Positions 38,812 to 46,918 of a stretch of 64,000 nucleotides of DNA are shown here, one piece after another. How positions within the stretch are numbered: position 1 is the first letter of the stretch; every line of letters starts with the position of its first letter. Source of the stretch: Burkholderiales bacterium (lineage in GTDB: Bacteria > Pseudomonadota > Gammaproteobacteria > Burkholderiales > SG8-41). The DNA lies in contig JAURHM010000007.1 in assembly GCA_030833315.1 (NCBI GenBank), positions 3,760 to 67,759 of the forward strand, read 5' to 3'. A model generated the notes under the pieces. The model saw nothing but the letters and a program-made list of their open reading frames with translations. It was not told where the DNA came from and ran no database searches. The position numbers and the translations under genes were made by a program.

Positions 38812-39636
38812 ATGGCCCCGTTATACAAACTGATCACCGTAGTCCTGACTGTAGCCACGCTGGGTGTTACCGCAAGCTGCCAGTCCACCACCTCGGGTGG
38901 CGCAGTCGGCGCCAACCGCCAGCAATTCCTGCTGGTATCATCGGGGCAACTGAACCAGATGGCAGCCAGAGCCTATAACCAGCTGCTGGCCGAGTCTGCG
39001 AAAAAAGGCGCTCTCAATACCGACGCTGCACTGACCAAGCGCGTACGCGCCATCGCCACACGTATCACGCCGCAGACCCGAGTGTTCCGCGCCGATGCGC
39101 CAGGCTGGAAATGGGAGGTCAATACCATTACCAGCAAGGAGCTCAACGCCTTCTGCATGCCCGGCGGCAAAATCATGTTTTATTCCGGGCTGATCCAGAC
39201 CCTGAAGCTGAGCGACGACGAAATCGCTGTGGTCATGGGCCACGAAATCGCCCACGCGCTGCGTGAACACTCGCGCGAACAGGTCTCACAGGCAATGGCG
39301 GCTCAGGCCACCATCGGCATCGGCGCCGCCCTGCTCGGCTTGGGTGATCTCACCGCCAATCTCGCCAGCACCGTCTATGAGGCCCTGATCGCCACGCGCT
39401 TCAGCCGCAGCGATGAATCAGAAGCCGACCGCATCGGCCTTGAGCTTTCCGCCCGCGCCGGTTACGACCCGCGTGCCGGCATCATGCTGTGGAAAAAAAT
39501 GCTCAGCGTCAGCCAGGGTGGCAGCCCGCCGGAACTGCTCAGCACCCACCCCGCGGAAGGCCGTCGCATCGAACAGATCGAATCACTGCTGCCGACGGTG
39601 ATGCCGCTGTACGAAGCCGCCAAACAGGGAAGATGA
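38812..39636 (+). CDS. M48-family zinc metallopeptidase lipoprotein
   Basis: Lipobox-like LGVTASC, HEIAHALREH (HExxH), and a downstream E..AD motif. Confidence 0.8.
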   Translation: MAPLYKLITVVLTVATLGVTASCQSTTSGGAVGANRQQFLLVSSGQLNQMAARAYNQLLAESAKKGALNTDAALTKRVRAIATRITPQTRVFRADAPGWKWEVNTITSKELNAFCMPGGKIMFYSGLIQTLKLSDDEIAVVMGHEIAHALREHSREQVSQAMAAQATIGIGAALLGLGDLTANLASTVYEALIATRFSRSDESEADRIGLELSARAGYDPRAGIMLWKKMLSVSQGGSPPELLSTHPAEGRRIEQIESLLPTVMPLYEAAKQGR

Positions 39637-39637
39637 C

Positions 39638-40144
39638 ATGCGCAAACCCCTGTTCTGCATGATCGCCATGCTGCCCGGCCTCGCCATCGAGCAAATCCCT
39701 CCCAGTGCCGCCGAAGTCGCGTGCTTCAGCGGTCTGCATGCCACCGCGTACAAAGGCGATATGACCGAAATCGAACGCCTGATCGCCACGAAGGCCAACC
39801 TCAATGCTCGCGACCCCTACGGCCGCACACCGCAGCATGTTGCCACCCATGCCGGCAAGTTCAATGCAATTCGCGCCCTGGCCATCTCGGGGTCGTCAAA
39901 CAGCTGATTGCTGCCGGTGCACCGATGGGATCATGTCAACAACCTGCACTGGACCGCACTGATCGAATCCATCGTGCTTGGCGACGGCGGTGCAAACCAC
40001 ACCGAAACGCTGCGCGCACTGGTCAGCGCAGGTGCCAACCTGCAACTCGCCGACCGCAACGGCAACAAGCCGCTCAGGCTGGCGCAGGAGCGCGCATACA
40101 AGGCGATGTTGGAGATACTGGAAAAAGCCGGCGCTAAGCCGTAG
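39638..40144 (+). pseudogene. ankyrin-repeat protein, disrupted (two frame changes, in-frame TGA 39905-39907)
   Basis: ANK consensus reads in frame 2 up to ...GKFNAIRAL. It continues in frame 1 as GHLGVVKQLIAAGAP (39880-39924), then returns to frame 2 as DHVNNLHWTALIESIVLGDGG... Confidence 0.55.
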
Positions 40145-41753
40145 CAGCGGCTTCCCGCTCCGCCGCAAGCTTGGTCTTGAACAACCAGTCGCGGTAGTCA
40201 TCCATATCGCCGTCAAAGGGCTGCAGCTGCCCTTCGGAAACGATCAGGAATTCATCGGTGGTCGCACGCAGAAGATGGCGATCATGCGAGACCAGCACCA
40301 GCGTGCCCTCGAACTGCGCAAGCGCCACGGTCAGCGCCTCGCGGGTTTCGAGATCCAGATGGTTGGTCGGTTCGTCGAGCAGCAGCAGATTGGGCCGCTG
40401 CCAGACGATCATCGCCAGTGCGAGCCGCGCCTTTTCGCCGCCGGAGAAATGAGTAATCGGGTTCAACGCCATCTCGCCGGGGAAATTGAAACCGCCGAGA
40501 AAGCCACGCAGCTCCTGCTCGCGCACACGCGGTGCAATCTTGGCGAGGTTCCACAGCGGTGATTCGTCATTGCGCAGCATTTCGACCTGGTGCTGGGCGA
40601 AATAACCGATCGCCAGTCCCTTGTTGAAATTGGCGCTGCCCGACAGCGGCGCCAATTCGCCGGCGATGGTTTTGATCAGCGTCGATTTGCCCGCACCGTT
40701 GATGCCGAGCAGGCCGTAGCGCTGGCCGCTCTGCAGCGAGAATTTGATGTCGCTAAGCACTTTCTTTTCCGTGCCGTCCTCCAGTTTGTAGCCTGCAGAC
40801 ACATTGTCCATCACCAGCAGCGGATCGGGCGCTCGCAGCGGCTCGCGGAATTCAAACTGGAACGGCGCCGAGACGTGCAAGGGTGCCAGGTCTTCCATCT
40901 TCGCCAGCATTTTCATGCGGCTCTGCGCCTGGCGCGCCTTGCTTGCCTGCGCCTTGAAGCGGTTGATGAAGGACTCGAGGTGGGCGCGTTCGCGCTGCTG
41001 CTTCTCGATCATGCCGGCCGCCAGTACCACGGCCGCGGCGCGCTGGCGCTCGAAGTCGGAGTAGTGGCCGGCGTAGCGCTTGAGTTTCTGATTGTCGATA
41101 TGGACGATGACGTTGACCACGCCGTCGAGAAAATCTCGGTCATGCGAAACGATAACCAGCGTCCCCTGATACTTTTTCAGCCACTCTTCCACCCAGAGTA
41201 TGGCATCGAGGTCCAGGTGATTGGTCGGTTCGTCGAGCAGCAGCAGGTCTGAAGGACACATCAACGCCTGCGCGAGATTGAGCCGCATGCGCCAGCCGCC
41301 GGAGAAGCTGGAAACCGAATTTTCCATCTGGTCATGGCTGAAGCCGAGGCCGTGCAGCAGGCGCTCGGCACGCGAGCGCACGGTCCAGGCATCGGCGTCC
41401 GTGAGGTCGGCGTAAATCGAACCGATGCGTTCGCCGTCATCGGCGGCTTCCGCTTCGGCAAGATCGGCTTCGAGTTTGCGCAGCGTGGTGTCGCCGTCGA
41501 TGGCGTAATCGATGGCGGAGCGTTCCAGCGGCGGCGTTTCCTGCGCGACATGCGCGACGCGCCAGCGCTGCGGGAAATCCACTTCGCCCTGGTCGGCATG
41601 CAGTTCGCCGCGCAGCATCGCGAACACGCTGGATTTGCCGGTGCCGTTGGCGCCGATCAGGCCGATCTTGTCACCGGGGTTCAGCGAGACATCGGCATTT
41701 TCCAGGAGGACCTTGACGCCGCGGCGTAGCGTGATTTGGGTGAAACGAATCAT
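40134..41753 (-). CDS. ABC-F family ATPase (YheS-like), possibly 3'-truncated
   Basis: Two ABC cassettes (GANGTGKSS and GINGAGKST Walker A; two LSGG signatures). Collinear with E. coli YheS as I recall it, but it ends right after FDGDMDDYRDWL. Confidence 0.8.
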   Translation of the reverse strand: MIRFTQITLRRGVKVLLENADVSLNPGDKIGLIGANGTGKSSVFAMLRGELHADQGEVDFPQRWRVAHVAQETPPLERSAIDYAIDGDTTLRKLEADLAEAEAADDGERIGSIYADLTDADAWTVRSRAERLLHGLGFSHDQMENSVSSFSGGWRMRLNLAQALMCPSDLLLLDEPTNHLDLDAILWVEEWLKKYQGTLVIVSHDRDFLDGVVNVIVHIDNQKLKRYAGHYSDFERQRAAAVVLAAGMIEKQQRERAHLESFINRFKAQASKARQAQSRMKMLAKMEDLAPLHVSAPFQFEFREPLRAPDPLLVMDNVSAGYKLEDGTEKKVLSDIKFSLQSGQRYGLLGINGAGKSTLIKTIAGELAPLSGSANFNKGLAIGYFAQHQVEMLRNDESPLWNLAKIAPRVREQELRGFLGGFNFPGEMALNPITHFSGGEKARLALAMIVWQRPNLLLLDEPTNHLDLETREALTVALAQFEGTLVLVSHDRHLLRATTDEFLIVSEGQLQPFDGDMDDYRDWLFKTKLAAEREAAATA

Positions 41754-41969
41754 GGGGTTATGCGGTGTGCACTGCGAAACAAACGAAGGGGCGCATTCTA
41801 CGCAGATTGTCCTTCCGGCGCCCGTAATTCGACGGCGGCAGGCATCGCCCAGAAAATTTATAAATACTTGTTTTTATTTATATTTTTTGACAGCGTAGTT
41901 GCTTTTATGCTGCAAGCGCCTATTTTGTCGCCACGCCCCGTCTCGCCGGGATTCGGAAGGACCACGATC

Positions 41970-42416
41970 ATGCCCACAGGTACCGTCCGGCTGCACCGCA
42001 TACTGCGCGCCCAACCCGAAATGATTTATCGCGCTTTCATCACCGCCGATGCCATCGCCAAATGGATTCCAGCCCACGGCTTCACCTGCACGGCGCATCA
42101 CGTGGAGGTCAAGGTCGGGGGCACGTTCAGGATATCTTTCACCAACTTCAGCAGCGGCAACAGCAACTCATTCGGCGGCAAATATCCGGAACTGGTACCC
42201 GGCGAAAAATTGCGCTACACCGATGTCTTTGACGATCCGTACCTGCCCTGTGAAATGCAAACCATGATTACACTGAAACCGGTGCTGTGCGGCGCCGAGA
42301 TAAACGTCGTACAGTAAGCCCCCCCGAAGTCATCCCGATGGAAATGTGTTATCTCGGCTGGCAGGAATCACTGGAGCAGATGGCGAAACTGGTGGAACCG
42401 GAAATTCCCGGTTTAG
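41970..42416 (+). pseudogene. SRPBCC/AHSA1-like protein, frameshifted
   Basis: The frame from ATG 41970 stops at TAA 42315-42317 after ...AEINVVQ. The conserved C-terminal helix PPEVIPMEMCYLGWQESLEQMAKLVEPEIPG is in another frame. A TAG in the original frame lies at 42414-42416. Confidence 0.55.
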
Positions 42417-42432
42417 CGGATCAGGATCTGCG

Positions 42433-43569
42433 TCAGCGCAAACCGAGCCGCCACAAGGTTGTCATCTCCGCCGAACGCGCCGCATGCAAAGGGTCGCCAG
42501 GGTCGCGCGCTTTCGGATGCTGCGGGCGCGAATTCTTGCTGTCGATCACCTGCAGGCCGGCGCCTTCAATCATTGCCATCAGTTCCGCGCGCGTGCGCAG
42601 GCCGAGATGTTCGGCAATATCCGACAGCAGCAGCCAGCCCTCGCCGCCCGGCTCCAGATGCGCGGCGAGACCGTTGATGAAACCCTTCAGCATGCGGCTG
42701 CCCTGATCGTAGACCGCGCGTTCGATCGGCGCGCTGGGCGTTGACGGAATCCACGGCGGATTGCAGACAATCAGCGGTGCGCGGCCTTCGGGAAACAGAT
42801 CAGCCTCGACCACTTCAACCTTGTCGGCATAACCGAGGCGTTCGATGTTGTCGCGCGCGCATTCGATGGCGCGCGCATCGTTTTCGGTGGCAATGACCCT
42901 GGCGACGCCGCGCTTGGCAAGAATCGCCGCGAGCACACCGGTACCGGTGCCGATGTCAAAAGCCAGCGTTTCCGCCGGCAGCGGTGAGCCGGCTACCAAA
43001 CCGACGTATTCACTGCGGATCGGCGCAAACACGCCGTAATGCGGATGAATACGCGCTGTCAGCGCTTTGACTTCCACACCCTTCTTGCGCCATTCATGCG
43101 CGCCGATCAGACCCAGCAATTCGCGCAATGACGCGACACAAGGCTCCATCCCCGGCCCCCAGGCCTCGGTACAGGCTTCGCGCGCATCGGGCGCGCGGCC
43201 CAGCGGAATCGTGTAATCGGCATCAAACGGGATCAGCAGCATCGACAGCGTATGCGCGCGCTGCGCCTGGATCTGGCGATGGCGATGAAAAGCGGCGCCG
43301 GGCGTGGTATCGGGTTCGGCCTGTTTGCGTTTGGGCTTTCGCGGCTTATCGACGCGGCGCATCAGCGCCTGCAGCAGCTGGCGCGCGTTCTGGAAGTCGC
43401 TGCGCCACAACAGGCCGACACCTTCGGAGGCCAGCCGGTAAGCGGTGTCAGCCGTCATGGTGTCGTCGGCAATGACAACGCGTTTGGGGGCGGCAGCGCC
43501 GTTTTCGGCATGCCAGCGCGCCGAAGGCGGTTCCTGGCCTTCGGGCAAAAATATGCGGGGGTGTTCCAT
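42433..43569 (-). CDS. class I SAM-dependent methyltransferase (NPPW motif; HemK/RsmC-like small-domain family)
   Basis: DIGTGTGVLA SAM motif and LIVCNPPWIP catalytic motif. Start refined to ATG 43569. Confidence 0.7.
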   Translation of the reverse strand: MEHPRIFLPEGQEPPSARWHAENGAAAPKRVVIADDTMTADTAYRLASEGVGLLWRSDFQNARQLLQALMRRVDKPRKPKRKQAEPDTTPGAAFHRHRQIQAQRAHTLSMLLIPFDADYTIPLGRAPDAREACTEAWGPGMEPCVASLRELLGLIGAHEWRKKGVEVKALTARIHPHYGVFAPIRSEYVGLVAGSPLPAETLAFDIGTGTGVLAAILAKRGVARVIATENDARAIECARDNIERLGYADKVEVVEADLFPEGRAPLIVCNPPWIPSTPSAPIERAVYDQGSRMLKGFINGLAAHLEPGGEGWLLLSDIAEHLGLRTRAELMAMIEGAGLQVIDSKNSRPQHPKARDPGDPLHAARSAEMTTLWRLGLR

Positions 43570-43662
43570 CGATTCACTGCTTTCGCCGGTCAACGCCGGT
43601 CCGGCGCAGGCGCAGGGTCGCGCCGCGGGGCGAAGCATAACAGGCCGCCGTGGTCCTCCACC

Positions 43663-43691
43663 AAAAAAACGGGGCCGCGAGGCCCCGTTTT
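43663..43691 (-). terminator. rho-independent terminator (bidirectional geometry)
   Basis: A7-CGGGGCC-GCGA-GGCCCCG-T4, directly downstream of the minus-strand gene ending at 43708. Confidence 0.75.
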
Positions 43692-43707
43692 CATTGGTCA
43701 CAACAGC

Positions 43708-44200
43708 CTAGGCGTCGTTGGCTGGCCAGGCGCTGGCATCAATGGTGTCGCGGCAGGCATGCCTTGTCGCATGACCAAGCACCGGTATCGTCACCGCAAG
43801 TCCGATCGGCGCGGTGACAAAACCGATCGCCGTCATGCCGACGATCAGCAGCGCCAGCGCAAACACCATGAAATTGCCAAAGACTTTACGTTTCTCGACC
43901 AGACAACGTGCGATGGAAGGTTGCCGCCCCCTCTCCAGCTGGCGGCTGATTGAACACAGGCCCATCGCCAGCACTGGCGCCACAAACATAAAACCGGAGA
44001 GCAGGATCACTGCCGACCTTGAGGCCGATGCCGGTAACGATCCATGACAGCACGGCGATGACGATCCCATATCCCAGGCTTTGCCGGGGTGCGCTTGGTA
44101 AATATGTCCAGCCCTTGCGCAGCCAGTTGAAGGGCATATCCGTGGTGAGCTGACGAAACGGCGCCGCAAAAGGCAGCGGCGCCTTTTCATTGGGCTGCAA
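43708..44200 (-). pseudogene. DUF2189-like integral membrane protein, frameshifted
   Basis: ORF 43886..44200 carries PFNWLRKGW..SLGYGIVIAVLSWIVTGIGL. The continuation AVILLSGFMFVAPVLAMGLCSISRQLERGRQPS...LGHATRHA is in the overlapping frame 43708..44190. The shift is near 44011-44016. Confidence 0.5.
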
Positions 44201-44255
44201 CTAAGCCTGTGCCTGACTGTCGGTCATCTCACACCCCCCGCACACTGCCAAACCG

Positions 44256-44792
44256 TTACTGCTGACCTTTCAGCAACAGCTCGACCACCTGTGGGGTAAT
44301 GTCGGCTGCGCGCTGATCCATCTGCTCCGGCGTCAGGTTGGCAATCGGATGCGGCATCACCAGAAACTTCAGATCCGGAACACCCCAGGTTTTTGCCATC
44401 GCCTTGCCGGTCACCGTGAACACGTGGGTCACTATGGACGCCGACGGAACACCATTCTGTTCAAACACTATGCTGTCGAGCACACTGCCCGAGCTGCATG
44501 ACCCTCAATCCCCGACACCGGCAACGATGATGTCGCAATTGGCCTTGTAATCGGCAACCATCTCCGGGCCGGGCGCGGAGCCGGCGCTTTTTTTCCGGCG
44601 GATCACATGCGACTTGGCGCCGTGTTCCTTCTCGAGGATCGCAGCGATGCGCATCAGCAACTGGTCCGAGTTGTGTTTGGTGTTGTCGACGAGGCCAATG
44701 CGCAGGCCTTTGAGTGACTTCGGCCGCGGCACAAAATTGATCGTGCGCGACTTCACTTCGGTGGTGGGATCGTAGATCTGGATGCTCATCAC
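44256..44792 (-). CDS. UGSC-motif selenoprotein (UxxC), function unknown; TGA 44505-44507 read as Sec
   Basis: Track ORFs 44505..44792 and 44256..44483 share one frame, interrupted by a single TGA. Read-through gives ...DIIVAGVGD-U-GSCSSGSVLDSIVFEQ... There is one RBS (AAGGAG before ATG 44789) and a SECIS-like hairpin just downstream of the TGA. Confidence 0.75.
44470..44499 (-). promoter_or_regulatory. candidate bacterial SECIS hairpin
   Basis: In the mRNA, 6-35 nt after the UGA: lower stem AUGC/GCAU, an internal loop, upper stem UCGGGC/GCUCGA (one G-U pair), and apical loop AGUGU. Confidence 0.55.
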
Positions 44793-44840
44793 ACTCTCCT
44801 TGTGTTATCAAATAAGTTATTGATTATTAATTAAAAATTA

Positions 44841-45878
44841 CTATGGCGTCTTGATTTCGTAAGTCACGCTCTGCGAACCGTTCTTGCCGCCCCAGCCGGG
44901 GATGTAGCAGGACTGCACCCCCGCCTTGCCGCCGGCGGCGATGACCAGCAAATCCTGCGGCGTGTGCACCAGCGTCTGCATGGTCGCTTCGGTTTCCGGG
45001 GTCACCGGACCGGGACGGATGTTGGCGCGCTGCATTTCAGCCTGCGACATCTTGCTGTGTTCAAACACATAGTTCTGCACATCTTCGCGCGACCAGCCCG
45101 CCTTCTGCATGATCAGCTGGTGCTCGCCGGCAAAGACCATCGCGTACTGCGGCTGACGGTTGGTGCCGGCCGAAAAACGCATCTGCGCGCAGGCCGTGGT
45201 CAGCACGCCTTCGGGTGTGGCACTGAGGCCGTTCGAATACTGGTGCACGCCGAGCGCCGCGAAAATCGTCACTGCGTTCTGATCGGGTTTGAATCCGCGC
45301 GTGGTGTGGAATGCCGGCCACGGGCTGTCTTCCTCGTTCTCGGCAATGCAGAAGGTGTATTTGCCGGGGTGGCCGAGGCTCGAGCGGTCGAGCACACCGG
45401 GTGTGGTGCCGATAACGTTCTGCATCACCAGGCGGATGGCTCGGCCGATGGTGGCATTGGCGCGCCAGCCCTGGCCGAATACATTGTCGCCGCTGTTGAT
45501 GTTGAGCTGTTTGGCAATCGGGCCGTTGACCAGCATGAACACGGCCGAGCCGCCGGTGCTGGTGGCCGGCCCGTGATAACCGTATTTCGGATCGGCCAGC
45601 GCCCGGATCGTCGCGGTGATCACCGGCATGTATTCCGGTTTGCAGCCGGCCATCACGGCATTGATCGCCACCTTCTCCGCGGTCACCGAGACCTGACGGT
45701 TCTCGATGAAGGACAGCTGCTCGTCGGGCTTGAAACCGCCGGCATCCAGCATCGCGGCGATACGTTCCGCAGTCGGCGGAATCACCGGCAGGCCGTCGGT
45801 CCAGCCGTTGGCGTAACAAAGCTCGATGGCACTGCCCAGATCGTCGACGGTGTGTCGGCGTGATTTCAGTTCGATCAT
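44841..45878 (-). CDS. conserved-looking hypothetical protein (345 aa), family not recognised
   Basis: GGAGG RBS 5 nt before ATG 45878. No signal peptide or TM segments. Motif-like stretches GWTDGLPVIPPT and NAVMAGCKPEYMP. Lies 48 nt upstream of the UGSC gene on the same strand. Confidence 0.6.
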   Translation of the reverse strand: MIELKSRRHTVDDLGSAIELCYANGWTDGLPVIPPTAERIAAMLDAGGFKPDEQLSFIENRQVSVTAEKVAINAVMAGCKPEYMPVITATIRALADPKYGYHGPATSTGGSAVFMLVNGPIAKQLNINSGDNVFGQGWRANATIGRAIRLVMQNVIGTTPGVLDRSSLGHPGKYTFCIAENEEDSPWPAFHTTRGFKPDQNAVTIFAALGVHQYSNGLSATPEGVLTTACAQMRFSAGTNRQPQYAMVFAGEHQLIMQKAGWSREDVQNYVFEHSKMSQAEMQRANIRPGPVTPETEATMQTLVHTPQDLLVIAAGGKAGVQSCYIPGWGGKNGSQSVTYEIKTP

Positions 45879-46096
45879 GCTGCCTCCGGATGACCCGCTC
45901 TTTGGCGGGAAGATTGGCAATCAGTCTACCCCAGTTCCCGCGCCGTTCTGCGACCGTCCACATCGCGAAAACGCCGTAGCCACCTGCTCTTGATGCACCG
46001 CCAATAAGCCCTACTCCGGGCACCAGCCCAACTCTGGTAACGTGGCGGATAAAACACTACAAAAACAACGAAAATCGCCATACCAAGGAGAACATC

Positions 46097-46918
46097 ATGC
46101 TGAATTCCATCCGCCGCACCGGCGCCGTACTGGCCATAGCGGCGCTGATATGCACCACGGCTGCGACCGCCCAGACCGCGCCGAAAATCAAGAATACCGG
46201 TTATGAACAAACCAAAACCGTGATGTATGTCGGCAACAGTTTCTACTACTACAACGACAGCATGCATTCAAAGGTGATCGGTCTGAACAGCGCTGCCGAT
46301 CCGCAGAACCGCAACCATTACCGCAGCACCTCGATCACCATCAGCGGATCGGGTTTCAACTGGCATGACATGGAATCGTATTTCCGCCCGAACGCCATCG
46401 CCTCCTACTCCTTTGTCGGCGACAACGAGATCCGCTTCAACAAATTCGACAAACCATTCGACGCGGTGATCATGAATGACTGCAGCCAGTGTCCGGTGCA
46501 TCCGCAGTTGAAGGGCATGTTCCATGAATATGCCGCGAAACACAGCGCAACAGTGCGCAAGCACGGCGCAAAGCCCATACTGTTCATGACTTGGGCCTAT
46601 GCCGACAAGCCGGAGATGACACAGCAGCTCGCCGAGGAATACACCATTGCCGGCAACAACAACGATGCGCTGGTGATTCCGGCCGGCCTCGCCTTTGCCA
46701 AAGCCATAGCCAAAAAACCGGGCATTTTGCTGTACGTGGCGGACAAACGGCATCCGAGCAAGCTCGGCACCTATCTTTCGGCGTGCACCATCTACGCCTC
46801 GCTTTACAACAAATCGCCGGCCGGCCTGAGCTACACCTTCGGCATTGATCCCGAAACCGCCAGGTTCCTGCAGGAAATCGCCTGGGAAACCGTGCAGGAA
46901 TATTACGGACGCTCATGA
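46097..46918 (+). CDS. secreted SGNH/GDSL-like hydrolase family protein (tentative)
   Basis: Signal peptide (AVLAIAALICTTAATAQT), a GNSF block, and a distal RHPS block. Confidence 0.45.
   Translation: MLNSIRRTGAVLAIAALICTTAATAQTAPKIKNTGYEQTKTVMYVGNSFYYYNDSMHSKVIGLNSAADPQNRNHYRSTSITISGSGFNWHDMESYFRPNAIASYSFVGDNEIRFNKFDKPFDAVIMNDCSQCPVHPQLKGMFHEYAAKHSATVRKHGAKPILFMTWAYADKPEMTQQLAEEYTIAGNNNDALVIPAGLAFAKAIAKKPGILLYVADKRHPSKLGTYLSACTIYASLYNKSPAGLSYTFGIDPETARFLQEIAWETVQEYYGRS

Noticed and set aside
39905-39907. In-frame TGA joining ORFs 39638..39907 and 39908..40144, considered as a possible third selenocysteine codon.
   Set aside because: The residues around it (SSNS-*-LLPVHRW) are not ankyrin-like. 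A different frame across the same 45 nt gives a perfect ANK helix (GHLGVVKQLIAAGAP). This is a double frameshift, not recoding, and there is no redox motif.
41887-41892. TTGACA hexamers inside the AT-rich motif copies (41887-41892 and 17033-17038), considered as sigma-70 -35 boxes.
   Set aside because: No acceptable -10 hexamer lies 16-18 nt downstream in any copy. The best TATGCT has a 13-nt spacer. I therefore do not call them promoters.
42287-42744. ORFs 42287..42706 (139 aa) and 42346..42744 (132 aa), considered as independent genes.
   Set aside because: Only the first roughly 32 meaningful codons of the 42287 frame resemble real protein (the displaced C-terminus of the SRPBCC gene). The rest is antisense to the NPPW methyltransferase gene.
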